Shown in pieces: positions 1 through 12,604 of a stretch of DNA of 64,000 bases; within the stretch, counting starts at the first letter, position 1; each line of letters begins with the position of its first letter. A model generated the notes under the pieces. It did no database searches. It was not told the origin of the DNA and saw only the letters and a list, made by a program, of their open reading frames with translations. This DNA is from Octopus vulgaris (Eukaryota): positions 74,710,001 through 74,774,000 of the forward strand of contig OX597822.1 of the NCBI GenBank assembly GCA_951406725.2, given 5' to 3'. The position numbers and the translations under genes are program-made.

Positions 1-116
1 TCAGTGGAATTTGAACTCAGAACATGAAGACAGACAAAACACCACTAAGCATTTCTCCCGGCATGCTCACATTTCTGCCAGTGAAGTCAATATATACAAG
101 TGAAGTCAATATATGT

Positions 117-720
117 AAGGCTGTCGCTAAGCCCCTGAAACCCCTGCAGTCACAGGAGTCCTCTGTGGTTGAGGGGCCCCATGTTAAGATCAAGGAAAGT
201 AGTTGAATCATCTATTTACTTTGGTTAAGATAGTGAACAAGAATTAAACTATGTATGTTAACAGAAAATTTCAAGAAATAAAACGGTAATACATTGAACC
301 TGCAAAAGTTCTTGTAAAAATATTTCATTGTACTGCTAACATGTACCAGACTGTGGATTGTCTATATCTATTGAACACAAACTTAGCTCTCAGTTTGATT
401 ATTCTGAACTGATCGATGATTTGGCAGAGCAAAAAGTGTGCCATGCTTGTCTTTGAAAGTTGTCTAAATTGTAAAAGTGCTCTTTTATTCATATCAGGAA
501 GTTTTACTTATTGAAATTTGTAATAGACTTAAATAAATTTAAGTTGTACTTTTAAAGATGTTCTTTAGGATAATGTGAAATTCTGAACTTCAGATAGAAC
601 AAGGTAAAAATATAGTTATGAATAAAAGGTGTGTAGATTATGAATTTTGATTGAAGGGATGGGGCCCTCGAAACAGAAAGTTGCAGGAGGGACCTCTAAA
701 AGTCACATGACAGAGCTGAA
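117..720 (+). mobile_element. Possible hAT-derived non-autonomous remnant
   Basis: GGGCCCC subterminal motifs at both ends; degenerate LSISIEH..DYSELIDDLAEQK similar to the hAT dimerization-domain end. Confidence 0.5.
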
Positions 721-1213
721 TATATGTGATGGTTCTCTTGCACATGGCTCAGTGATATGGGCATCAATCTTATGACTGTGAAGTTGTGAGTTCAAATCCC
801 TGACCGGGCTGTGTGTTGTGTTCTTGAGCAAGCCACTTTATTTCACATTGCTCCAGTTCACTCAGCTGTAGAAATGAGTTGCCATGTCACAGGTGCCAAG
901 CTGTATCGGCCTTTGCCTTTTCCTTGGATAACATCGGTGGCATGGAGTGGGGAGGCTGGTATGCATGGGCGACTGCTGGTCTTACAAAAACAACTTTGTC
1001 CAGGCTTGTGCCTAGGAGAGTAACTTTCTAGGTGCAATCCCATGGTTATTTGTGACCGAAGGGGGTCTCCGCAGTCTCTTGCACTGAAATGTATGGCTTT
1101 GTTATAATTTTAGAAATCAGAGTTACATCTGCATTGAAGAAGTATATTTTCCTTTATTTGAAGCTTAGCCATTTATTGAAGATCATATGATTTTTTTTCT
1201 TCCTGTTTGCTAG

Positions 1214-1363
1214 GCACAACTTGAATTTGTTTACGATGTCATAACCGAGAGTATGATGACTTCTGGTTGTAACATTAACTTCAATGATTTAAAGAGTGAA
1301 ATTGAAAGAATTTCTGTTAAAGACGAAATCACTTGTTGGTCAATTGCAGACAGGCAGTTTATG
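1214..1363 (+). CDS. RPTP-like gene exon (end of PTP D1 and interdomain linker)
   Basis: tag|GCA...ATG|gtaagt, 150 nt, phase 0-0. AQLEFVYDVITES resembles the EQYxFxxDAxxE helix that ends PTP domains. Upstream exons lie outside the window. Confidence 0.8.
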
Positions 1364-1372
1364 GTAAGTAAT

Positions 1373-1412
<40 letters not shown>

Positions 1413-1967
1413 TCCTATTTCTTTCTCTCTCTCTTGCTGGCATTTCTCTACTCCTCCCACCCTCCTCTTCACACCTGCCTCCCCTCCTCCTCCCTTCTTC
1501 CTCCTCCTTCTCCAGCCCTTTCCTCCTCCTCCACCTCTTTCCTCCACTTCCACCTCTTTCCTCCTCCACCTCTTTCCTCCTCCTCCACCTCTTTCCTCCT
1601 CCTCCCCTCGCCCTCCTCACCTTCTCTTCATCTTCCTCCTCCCCTCCGACCTACCCGTCCCACTCCTCTCATACTCCTCTTCTCCTCCTCTTCCTCCCAT
1701 CCATTTTGATATTTTCAGTGTCATTAACCATGATTAATACTTCTATCGTAACTTAATTTTCTTGATAAAAATAAAACGAGTATTGTACATGTTTTCTTTT
1801 TTTCTTTTTTCCATAATTGTACTCCTACTTTTGCACTACTCCATATATGCTCTCAACACACACACACACACCTTAACAGTATTCCTACAAGCAGCTCCAT
1901 ACCATCTCAGCACAGAATCCCCCCCAAAAAATTTCCTCCTTTATTGTCTTATGTAATTATTTTGCAG

Positions 1968-2034
1968 GACATCCTTCAGCCAGTCTGCCAGGGCAACAGT
2001 GTTCACTCTGATCTGCTTGAGGAACTTTACAGTG
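1968..2034 (+). CDS. RPTP-like gene exon
   Basis: ttttgcag|GAC...AGTG|gtaagt, phase 0-1, DILQPVCQGNSVHSDLLEELYS. Confidence 0.75.
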
Positions 2035-2084
2035 GTAAGTCTATGCATTATGAGGAAAAGGGAAAAAAAACAACAAAAAAAGAT

Positions 2085-2375
2085 ACTACTACTACTACTA
2101 CTGCCACCAACACCACCACCACCACCACAACCACCACCACCACCATACTACTACTACTACTACTACTACTGCCACCGACACCACCACCACCACCACCACC
2201 ACCATACTACTACTACTACTGCCACCGACACCACCACCACAACCACCACCACAACCACCACCACCATACTACTACTACTACTACTACTACTGCCACCGAC
2301 ACCACCACCACCACCACCACCACCATACTACTACTACTACTACTGCCACCGACACCACCACCACCACCACCACCA

Positions 2376-2413
<38 letters not shown>

Positions 2414-2480
2414 TTGCTGCCACCACCATCACCACCACTATACTACTACTGCTGCCGCTGCTGCTGCTGCTGCTGCTGCT
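2085..2480. repeat. Compound (CTA)n/(CCA)n/(CTG)n higher-order trinucleotide repeat
   Basis: Unit tactactac..tgccaccgacaccaccacc..ca repeated about 6 times. Confidence 0.95.
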
Positions 2481-3213
2481 CAGGAAAATTCAGCATCACA
2501 TAGAATGTCACATGGCTGGCCCTTTAAATTACAGGTACAGCTCAATTTTTGAGTGAATGGGACCAATGTGAAATAAAGTGTCTTGCTCAAAGACACAGCA
2601 TACTTCCTGCAAATGAACTCACAAACCTTATGACTGTGGGCCATATGTCTTGACCTCATGCACACACACACACATGCACGCACACACACACACACACACA
2701 CACATACATAAACACTCACACAAAAATACATACACTTTATATAACCTGTAAATTATACTCTTTTACTCTTTTACTTGTTTCAGTCATATGACTGCGGCCA
2801 TGCTGGAGCACCGCCTTTAGTCGAGCAAATTGACCCCCAGGACTTATTCTTTGCAAGTCTAGTACTTATTCTGTCGGTCTCTTTTGCTGAACTGCTAAGT
2901 TACGGGGGATATAAACACACCACCATCGGTTGTCAAGTGATGTTGGGGGACAAACACAAACACACACACATGCATATATACGATGGGCTTCTTTCAGTTT
3001 CCGTCTACCAAATCCACTCACAAGGCTTTGGTCGGCCTGAGGCTATAGTAGAAGACACTTTCCCAAGGTGCCACACAGTGGGACTGAACCCAGAACTATG
3101 TGGTTCATAAGCAAGCTACTTACCACACAGCCACTCCTGCGCCTAAACATTATTTTCATCCTTACAAAGTTCTGAATATTTTTTTAATGATTTGTTTTTC
3201 CTTTATTTCAAAG

Positions 3214-3260
3214 ATGAACGCAATATGTCCACCACAAATTTCGAAATTTCCTTAATTGAG
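3214..3260 (+). CDS. RPTP-like gene exon
   Basis: aag|AT...GAG|gtaagt, phase 1-0, (D)ERNMSTTNFEISLIE. Occupies the position of the YINASFID motif before the GY exon. Confidence 0.7.
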
Positions 3261-3404
3261 GTAAGTAATTAACATTCCTGCATATAATCTGCAGTGGTTT
3301 GGTGAAGCAGCTGAATGTCTGATAAAATGTGTAGAGGTACTTTGTCGCTTCTCTTTATTTTTTGAGATCTAATTGTGCTGAATATTATTTGACTTTCACA
3401 ATCA

Positions 3405-3905
3405 AAATCAAATTCACTGACGTGGCCGATGACAGTACCACCTCACTGGCACCTGTGCCAGTGGAACATTAATAGCACCATCTGAGCGTGATCGTTGCCG
3501 GGGCTGCTGACTGGTTGTCATGCCATTGGCACATAAAAAGCACCATTCAAGCATGATCATTACCAGCATCGCCTTACTGGCACTTGTGCCAGTGACAACA
3601 ACATTTGAGCGAGGTCATTGCCAGGGCTGCTGGACTGGCTCCTGTGCAGGTGGCACATAAAAAACACCTTTTGAGCGTGGCTGTCACCAGTACTGCCTGA
3701 CTGGCCCTTGTGCCGGTGGCACAAAAAAGCACCCACTACATTCTCAGAGTGGTTGGCGTTAGGAAGGGCATCCAGCTGTAGAAACTCTGCCAGATCAGTT
3801 TGGAGCCTGGTGCAGCCATCTGGTTTGTCAGTCCTCAGTCAAACCGTGCAACCCATGTCAGCATGGAAAGCGGATGTTAAACGATGATGATGATGATGAT
3901 GATGA
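3405..3905 (+). repeat. SINE-like element with internal ~60-bp tandem units and (GAT)n tail
   Basis: Repeated gccagtggcac(a/g)taaaaagcacc units; related copies at 6790-7242 and 31310-31556. Confidence 0.8.
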
Positions 3906-4348
3906 TTATAGTGGGGCGGTTTTAGTATTAGTAAAATACTGGAGTTGATTTAGTCAACTCTAGTCTTCCTGATAATTAGTGGTTTTAGATGTGGCTGTGT
4001 AATTCAGAAGCTTGCTTCCCAACCATATAGTCATGAGTTCAGTCCTTCTCTGTGGCACCTTAAGTAAATGCTTATGCCTTGGGAGTGAATTTGAAAGATG
4101 TGTTTGTAAGTAAGTATGTATGTATGTATGTATGTATCTACATACGAATGTATGTATTATGTACATACATTCATATGTATGTATGTATGCATGCATGTAT
4201 GTACGTAGGGACATACATTCATATATATGTAGATACATTCGTATGTATGTATGTATGTATGTACATGCATTTATATGAATGTATGTATGTACATACATTT
4301 CTATGCATGTATGTATGTATGTATGCATGTAGATGCATTCATATGTAT

Positions 4349-4767
4349 AGGCGCAGGAGTGGCTGTGTGGTAAGTAGCTTGTTTACCAACCACATAGTTC
4401 CGGGTTCAGTCCCACTGTGTGGCACCTTGGGCAAGTGTCTTCTGCTATAGCCCCGGGCCGACCAATGCCTTGTGAGTGGATTTGGTAGACGGAAACTGAA
4501 AGAAGCCCGTTGTATGTATATATATATATATATATGCATGTGTGTGTTTATGTGTCTGTGTTTGTCCCCCTAGCATTGCTTGACAACCGATGCTGGTGTG
4601 TTTATGTCCCCGTTACTTAGCGGTTCGGCAAAAGAGACCGATAGAATAAGTACTGGGCTTACAAAAGAATAAGCCCCGGGGTCGATTTGCTCGATTAAAG
4701 GCGGTGCTCCAGCATGGCCGCAGTCATATGACTGAAACAAGTAAAAGAGTAAAAGAGAGTAAAGAGT
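4349..4767 (+). mobile_element. tRNA-derived SINE family A (representative copy)
   Basis: GGCTGTGTGGTAAG...GGTTCAGTCCC box A/B head, central (TA)n(TG)n, AGTAAAAG tail. Other copies at about 2757-3143, 15401-15793, 22412-22810, 25338-25770, 28100-28500, 38478-38929, 40400-40850, 41650-42040, 43010-43445, 60854-61370, 62165-62890. Confidence 0.9.
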
Positions 4768-5184
4768 ATGTATATGTGTCTTTGTGTTTGTGTTTTCCTC
4801 CAACACCACTTAAAAACCAGTGTTGCTTTGTATATGTACCCATGACTTAGCAGTGTTGCAAAAGGACTAACAAAATAAGAACCATGCTTAAAAAGGAAGC
4901 AAAGCAATAAGGAAAGGGGTTGATTTGTTTGACTAAAGCCCAACATAGTTATAGCCTAATGACTGAAATGAGTAAAAAATAAACGATAAAAGATCTTAAG
5001 ACAAACAAGAGCACTCAGAGAGTACAAGCCTCTGCCAAGGCAACACCAACGTCCTCTCAACGACTAGCAATATTTTAAGTAAAAATTTTCTTGTTCTGTA
5101 CTTTACCAGATGTAACAACTTGTCCTGTACTTTTCTAGGCCTATAATCTTAAGAATATTATTTCACTTGCTTGCATTTTTCCAT

Positions 5185-5400
5185 GTAATAAAGTTCCTGG
5201 CTTTGGGTAGAAGAAAATACAAGAGGATCAGTTAATTATGATTCTATTCAACATATTTTCCTTTCAGATTCACACACTTATTGCAGTGGTCCTTCAGTTT
5301 TTCTAAGCCCTGTAAAGAACTCAGAAGGTTAGGTCTCCAACCAGGCCTTTCATGATACTCTTAAAGCCAGGAACTTTTCAGCATCCCCTTGTGTTGTAAA
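5185..5400 (-). mobile_element. Mariner 3' remnant (second copy at about 15846-16055)
   Basis: Reverse frame KCVNLKGKYVE*; two similar copies in the window. Confidence 0.65.
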
Positions 5401-5636
5401 TTTTTCTGGGCATTTCATCATTTAGTATTTTCAAGCCAGCCAGAAACAAATCAATTCTATACATGTTTCCTCAGCATAGCATAGCAAGCTTGCTAGTCAA
5501 TACATTATAGCTTGCAAGTTGTCTTTGGATAAATTTGCAAATTGTATTTCCTACAGAGATGTGAGATATTTAGAAATTTAATATTTCTGATGTTTGTATA
5601 TAATTCTTTAAAAAACTTTTTCTGTTGTATTTCCAG

Positions 5637-5759
5637 GGTTATGAGGAAGATAAATTCATTTTAGCCATATCTCCAGATCAAGAGGAAATGCCTGAATTTT
5701 GGAACATTATCACCAAAGAAAAGTGTTTGACTATAGTAACATTTAGAGACTTAACCAAT
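5637..5759 (+). CDS. RPTP-like gene exon, D2 domain
   Basis: ttccag|GGT...AAT|gtgagt. GYEEDKFILAISPDQEEMPEFWNIITKEKCLTIVTF matches the GY...YIATQGP...DFWRMI...IVML PTP pattern. Confidence 0.88.
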
Positions 5760-6621
5760 GTGAGTTCAATCCTCTATGGAAACTTCTGTTTTATTGTTAC
5801 TATTTGTAAAAGAATCAAATCAATGGAATAGTAGAACACTGGGTATACCAACAAAACCCTAAAATAGCAAACAAATAACTAAACTCTTTCTGAATTCAAA
5901 CAACTATCCACTAAGATATACAGGGGTGGCTCACAGATAAAATTAGTTGGGGTGTTGCCATTGTTTTAATATTGTGTAAAAGGAAACAAACATATAAAAA
6001 GAATAATTATACATAAACTTGATCGGTTTGCATTTTAGCCACTGCCAGGTAGTGTGTTTAATTTGTTCACAGGCATTGCGCGATAACAACATTGTTCATG
6101 ATTGTTGATGGTGTTGTGAGTCTCAACTGAATGGCTGGCTGTAGCCTTAAAAAGCAAATAAAAGTCACATTCGATCACAGCACCAATAACAGTTGAGCTT
6201 CGTGCAATGGCCATACTCGATAATGAGGGGGCAGCCATCATGTATGTATGTATGTATGTATGTATGTATGTATGTATGTATGTATGTATGTATGTATGTA
6301 TGTATGTATGCATGTATGTATGTATGTATGTATGTATGTATGTATGTATGTATGTATGTATGTATGTATGTGTGTGTGTTGGTGTGTTTACATGTCTGTA
6401 ACTTAGGAATTCGGCAAAAGGGACCAATAGAATAAGTACAAGAATTTAAAAAAAGTACTGAGGTCAATTCATTTGACTAAAAGATCTTCAAGGTGGTGCC
6501 CCAGCAAGGCCACAGTCTAATGACTGAAAAAAGTAAAAGATGAAAAAAATTTAGTCTATTTCACATGAAATTCTTGATTTAAATTGACTTATCCTTCTAA
6601 TACTGTTATTTTTATTTGCAG

Positions 6622-6753
6622 GAAAACACCAGCTATTTGCCAACGGCAATTGGTCAGTCTCTGAATTTTGGTCAATTTAACTTGGAATTAATAAATTTCA
6701 TGGACAAAGAATTATTTCAATGCAATGTCTTGAGAGTTTCTTATACCAAAGAG
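6622..6753 (+). CDS. RPTP-like gene exon, D2 domain
   Basis: ttgcag|GAA...GAG|gtaagg. ENTSYLPTAIGQSLNFGQFNLELI resembles YWP...xGxxxV. Confidence 0.85.
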
Positions 6754-7249
6754 GTAAGGAGTATGGAAGGTCTTATATATATATATATCACTGGCATGGG
6801 ACCAGTCAGGTGGCACTGGCATCAACTATGCTCGCATGGTGCTTTTTTTCTGTGCTGGTGGTGTGTAAAAAGCACCATTCAAGCATTGTCAATGCAGTGC
6901 CGCCTGACTGGCTCCCATGCCGGTGGCACATAAAAAGCACCATGCGAGCATCATCGATGCCGTGCCGCCTGACTGGCTGCCATGCTGGTAGCATGTAAAA
7001 AGCATCATTTGAGCACAGTTGATGCCAGTGCCACCTGGCTGGCTCCTGTGCTGGTGGCACGTAAAAAGCACCATTCTAGTGTGGTCGATGCCAGTGCAAC
7101 CTGACTGGCATCCATGCCAGTGGAATGTAAAAAGCACCCACTATATTCTCGGAGTGGTTGGCGTTAGGAAGGGCATCCAGCTGTAGGAACCTTGCCAGAT
7201 CAAATTGGAGCCTGGTGCAGCCTTCTGGCTTGCCAGTCCTCAATAATGA

Positions 7250-7290
<41 letters not shown>

Positions 7291-7403
7291 CAGTGTCATC
7301 ATCATATTTATCATCATCATTATCATCATTATCATAACCATCATCATCATCATGAGTTTTATGGCTTTATTGCTATTGTCTTTTTATAATTTGCTGTTGG
7401 TAG

Positions 7404-7552
7404 GAGTCATACTATTACACCATTGTGAACCACTATGATGTGACTTTCTGGAAGGACAAAACCAGGCTACCACCATTTGAAACGATGCTTAGTTTGGTGA
7501 ACATTGTCTCGCACCAAAACAGTGAGAAAATGCCAATAGCTGTGCATAATAG
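7404..7552 (+). CDS. RPTP-like gene exon, D2 (WPD-loop region to P-loop start)
   Basis: tag|GAG...AATAG|gtgagt, phase 0-2. ...VNHYDVTFWKDKTRLP...PIAVHN; the phase-2 intron inside the VHCS position is typical of PTP genes. Confidence 0.88.
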
Positions 7553-7599
7553 GTGAGTTGAAGGATCAATATTAGCATCTCCTCTTATGAATATATACA

Positions 7600-8338
7600 C
7601 ATGTATCATACACCACTCAGACACACGCATGCATACACATACTTGTGAAATACACACACACACAAACATATAACATGCACATACTGAACACACAGACCCA
7701 CTCATACACACAGCAAACACATGTACACACTCACGCTTGCACACAGACACACATACGCACACACATTCATCACACATACACATACACACAGCAGACACAT
7801 GTACACACTCACTTGCACACAGACACACACACTCATACACACAGTAAACACATGTACATGCTAACACTCGCACACATACACACACATATGCACACACTCA
7901 TACACACAGCAAACATATGTAACCACTCACACTTGCACACACACTCACCACACATGCACACATATACACACACTCATACATACAGCAAACACATGTACAT
8001 ACACTCACACACGGACACACACACTCACACACACACACACACATGTCGTGTTCATACATATAGACATATCCCTGCAAGCACACATACGCATTCTCTCACA
8101 CACTCACTTACATATAGACACTCACTCATACATAGACACTCACTCACACTCACTGGCACACACTCACACACACAGTTACACACATACCCAATCTCACTCA
8201 TACACACTCATGCATTCACATACTTGTGAAATGCACACACATACCCACACACATACATACACACAGAACACACACACTCATACACACAACAAACACATGT
8301 ACACACTCACACACATTCATACTCACCATGCACACACA

Positions 8339-8387
<49 letters not shown>

Positions 8388-8550
8388 GATTTCTCATTCA
8401 TACTCACACACTCACACATATGACACATGTGCCACACATATATGTCACACACACTCATACATATACATGCATTCACAAACATGCCCATATACACATCACA
8501 CAACACATACACACACACGCACACACACACATGCACGCATACACACTCTC
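7600..8550. repeat. Degenerate (CA)n-rich tract
   Basis: About 950 bp of CA/CACAT repeats in a PTP intron. Confidence 0.95.
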
Positions 8551-8689
8551 TCGTGTCAGATTGAAGAAACAATTTTGTTTGCGTCTGACCTTTCATTATT
8601 AACAATCTTTCATATTTCTTGACAAGAAGCTTCAGTTTGAAATGATCATTATTCTATGTCCATTAAAATATATAATAGAGAAACAATTC

Positions 8690-8930
8690 TTAACCCTTTC
8701 AGTACCAACCTGGCTGATACCGCCTCTGATTCTGTAGTACAAATGACTTGTTTTCAAAAGTTGTGCATAAGTTTTGAATTAAAATCTTCCACCAAACCTT
8801 AGTCACAACGTATATTCCTAACACTAGCTTAATGATAACTAAGTTATTTTTCTAAATTCTTTGTTATATTTAAAATTAATTGAAATAAACACAGAGCATC
8901 TCAACAGAAATATGGTCACAAAAGAGTTAA
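8690..8930. mobile_element. piggyBac-like MITE (TTAA TSD)
   Basis: TTAA-CCCTTT...AAAGAG-TTAA; same family as 39813-40034. Confidence 0.8.
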
Positions 8931-9357
8931 AATATATAATAGAGAAACATTCTTAACCCTTTTGATACCAACCTGGCTCTCTGGTTCTGTAGTTATTTTA
9001 CTAAATTCTTTATTATCATCATCATCATCCATTAACGTCTGCTTTCCATGCTGGCATGGGTTTAATGATTTGACTGAGGTTTGGCAAGCCATACAAAAAC
9101 ATATAATGATGGGATTCCATACAGTTTCCATCAACCAAAATCTCTCACAAGATATTGGTCAGCCCAAGGCTATAATAGAAAACACTTGACCAAGGTGCCA
9201 TGCATTGGGATTGAACCTAAAACCAGATGGTTGGGAAGCAAGCTTCTTACCTACACAGCCATGCATAATTAAAAAAACATAAAACACAACTAACCCTGTA
9301 TCATAACCAACTGTTAATTAAATCACCAGAATAGAAACCCTTTTCATCAATGCATAT

Positions 9358-9389
<32 letters not shown>

Positions 9390-9446
9390 AGCAACAGCAA
9401 CAATGACAGCAACACACCATTCATAGCCTATTTCTTTGCTTTATAG

Positions 9447-9585
9447 GTGTGGTTATTTTGAGAGTGGTCTGTTCTGTGCCATTTATTCTACAATAAATAT
9501 GGTCAAGGCTGAAGAATCCTGTATCAATATTGCTCGACTTTTGCGACAGATGAAGAAATCTCAACCCCTAATTTTAACAGACCCG
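9447..9585 (+). CDS. RPTP-like gene exon, D2 (P-loop to Q-loop)
   Basis: ttatag|G...CCG|gtaaga, phase 2-0, CGYFESGLFCAIYSTINMVKAEESCINIARLLRQMKKSQPLILTDP. Confidence 0.88.
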
Positions 9586-9691
9586 GTAAGAAATAACTCT
9601 TTGAAATCTGATATATTTTATTTTATTTCTTTTGTTATTTTTTATCTGATTTTATTTTGTTGCATTATTTTACCAGAATCTTAGAGGATTA

Positions 9692-10174
9692 CAGTAATCC
9701 CTCACCATAATGCGGTTCACCCACCGCAGTTCACCTATTGCAGTTCACCCATTGTGGTTCAACTATCACGGTTCACCTATCGTGGTTTATTATTTAAGCT
9801 TACACCAATTCCTCTGTGGTGTTGTTTTACATTTATAATAAAATAAATATATACATTAAATTCAATGAGAATCTATATATTCAAGTCCATGGGACAGCCA
9901 TCAGTGTCAGTGTGATAAGCTCCAACCAAGCTAGCAAGACGTGGAAGAACATTATGTTCTGCTGTCTAAAAATCAAAATAACAATAACAATAAAGGACTG
10001 AACCAGTGCGTGTGTTTATTATTACTGGCATAATGACCCTCCCAAGGTTCAAAAATATTTACAAATTATAAAAATAGTAATTAAAAAAATTCAGTATAGT
10101 ACTGTTTCTACATAATGGATTTTCACCTATCACAGTTTTGGAACATAACACCTATGATAGCTGAGGGATTACTG
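9692..10174. mobile_element. Tigger/pogo-like MITE
   Basis: TA|CAGTAATCCCTC ... GAGGGATTACTG|TA. Confidence 0.85.
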
Positions 10175-10721
10175 TATACTGATTTATACTGGATTATCCT
10201 TATTCGTGATGTTAAAGTATAACTCTAACATTAAGTGATGGGATTAATGCATCACCCTTTTAACATCCCCACGTGGGTCTAGGTTTTACTTAGTGAGACT
10301 AGAAACTTGTAAGCAGCTTCCTTGTACAAGTGCTATCAGTTGAAAGCTTTGCAGACTGGATGCCATTAGGTTTCAGGGAGTCATCATGGTGAGACTGTGA
10401 CTTTAAAACATACTGGCCCCCTTCATTGATGTGGAGCTCCATCTACTTGATCAGCAGTAGTAGCAGTAACAGCATAGGGGCATGTACTGTAACAGCATGT
10501 CACTGCTACCATTTCTTGGTGACCCCCTACTACTCCTGATAGATGATGCCTCTGTACCCCTCAGGCAACAAATCTCCAGCCGATGAGCCAGTATGGGTCT
10601 CATGAGGGTTTTTCAAGGTCAGATTGCAAATCGTACCTCAACTTCTTTTAGTCATCTTTTATGACATGCAGAAGAAATGTTGGGTTTATTCTTTGACATG
10701 CTGGTCCCCACACAATATCTA

Positions 10722-10768
<47 letters not shown>

Positions 10769-10992
10769 AATCCAAAGATGAACAAGCAAGGAAAAACAAC
10801 GTGAAGACATGGTACAAGTACATGACCTTGAGGTGGGCAGGAAAATATGTATATATGTATATACATACAAATATGCATATATACATATACACACACAACA
10901 CACACACACATATATATATACTCTCACACACAAACATGTGATACCATATGATAGCAATAATCTGATATATACATTTATCTCTCTATTTTCAG

Positions 10993-11070
10993 ACATTGTA
11001 CACATACTGCTTGAATGTGGTAAAAGCATCTCTTGGTAACGAATCTCATTATGCAGAAGTGAAGAAGTGA
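10993..11070 (+). CDS. RPTP-like gene terminal coding exon
   Basis: ttttcag|ACA...TGA. TLYTYCLNVVKASLGNESHYAEVKK* resembles the QYxFCYxxxxEYL...HYA RPTP C-terminus. AATAAA at 11434 and 11595. Confidence 0.8.
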   Translation, partial: TLYTYCLNVVKASLGNESHYAEVKK

Positions 11071-11459
11071 GGTACTGTTTTCCTGCCCACCTCAAGGTCA
11101 TATTTTGAAAAACTTTGGAACCACTTCAGTATTACTGTTGGTTACTACCATCAAGAGAGAAAACTGGCTTTATTGATCTTTCATCATTGTTTGCATAACA
11201 TACTTATATACATATATATACACACATTCAAGCCATCAATGGAACTGGAAAAATTTGTAAGACTTTCTACATGGTCAGTATTTGAGTTTATATGTCCACG
11301 TCTAGTTATGCAGCATATGCACAATGCTACACACAAACTTGGACAAATATCCTGTTCATGATGAAATTTCAAAGAAGAAGGACTTGGAGCTAGATTGGAA
11401 ACCAGCTCTTTCTCTATTGACAAGAGATCTTGAAATAAAACTGAAGAATAACATACATA

Positions 11460-11536
<77 letters not shown>

Positions 11537-11682
11537 CATACATATATACATACATATACATATAGATATTTTCATACCGGTGGCTAGCATGTGTAATAAA
11601 GTCAATAGACAACATATTTTCATATAATAGTGTATAAGCAATTTATGTATTTATACATATATACATACATATATATACACAT

Positions 11683-11743
<61 letters not shown>

Positions 11744-12314
11744 CATACATATATATATAAATATAAATATATACATATATATCATCATCATCATCATCAT
11801 CATCGTTTAACGTCCGCTTTCCATGCTAGCATGGGTTGGACGGGGCATATATATATATAAATAGATAGATATAGATATATAGATATATACACATACACAC
11901 CCATACATATATATGTATATACATGATCACATACATATACTATCGACTTTATTCAAATGTCTACCTTTTTATGCTTGCATGAGTCAGATGAGAGTAAGCA
12001 GAAACAGAGTTTTAACTGCTGGATGCTCTTTCTAATTCCAACCTATGCCTGTTTCCAAGTGAGGAAATTATCTCTGTCTGTATATATATAAAACTTGTTT
12101 TAAATCTCTCACCAAGAGATATACAGTAACAGTACCAAATAGTAAAGTTTATTTTCCAGCAGAATGTAGCAGTCCTTTAAAGGACGATGTTACTGTTGTT
12201 TAAGCTCCCGGAAAATATCTGTTCCAGCCTGGTTATCGACACACAGTCTGGGGCTTGAACAGCAGTAACATCGTCCATTATAAGACAACCACATTCTGTT
12301 GGCAAGTATATATA

Positions 12315-12564
12315 TCTCTATATATATAAAACTGAGAATGTGTGTCTGTCTGTCTGTGTGTTTCCCTAAAACTTGAGAACTACACAATCAATTTCATTCA
12401 AATTTTACACATGCCTTACTTAGGGTCCATGTACTGTCATGGACAAAAAAAAATGTTTAACTTCTTGCCTAGAGCGAGCCCACAGCAATATCATATCTTC
12501 TCCACTATTTCAGTATTACGTGTTAAAAGTGAAACAAAAACATCTCTCTATTGTATGTATATGG

Positions 12565-12604
<40 letters not shown>

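Noticed and set aside
1231-2556. Long ORFs rich in poly-T/P/H/Y/L/S
   Set aside because: Translations of CT-rich and trinucleotide microsatellites; only the short exon parts are real.
4349-4430. tRNA genes suggested by box A/B motifs
   Set aside because: They are SINE heads without a full cloverleaf.
7433-8605. His/Thr- and Cys/Val-rich ORFs, and the many YI/HT/CV ORFs elsewhere
   Set aside because: Dinucleotide and tetranucleotide repeat artefacts.
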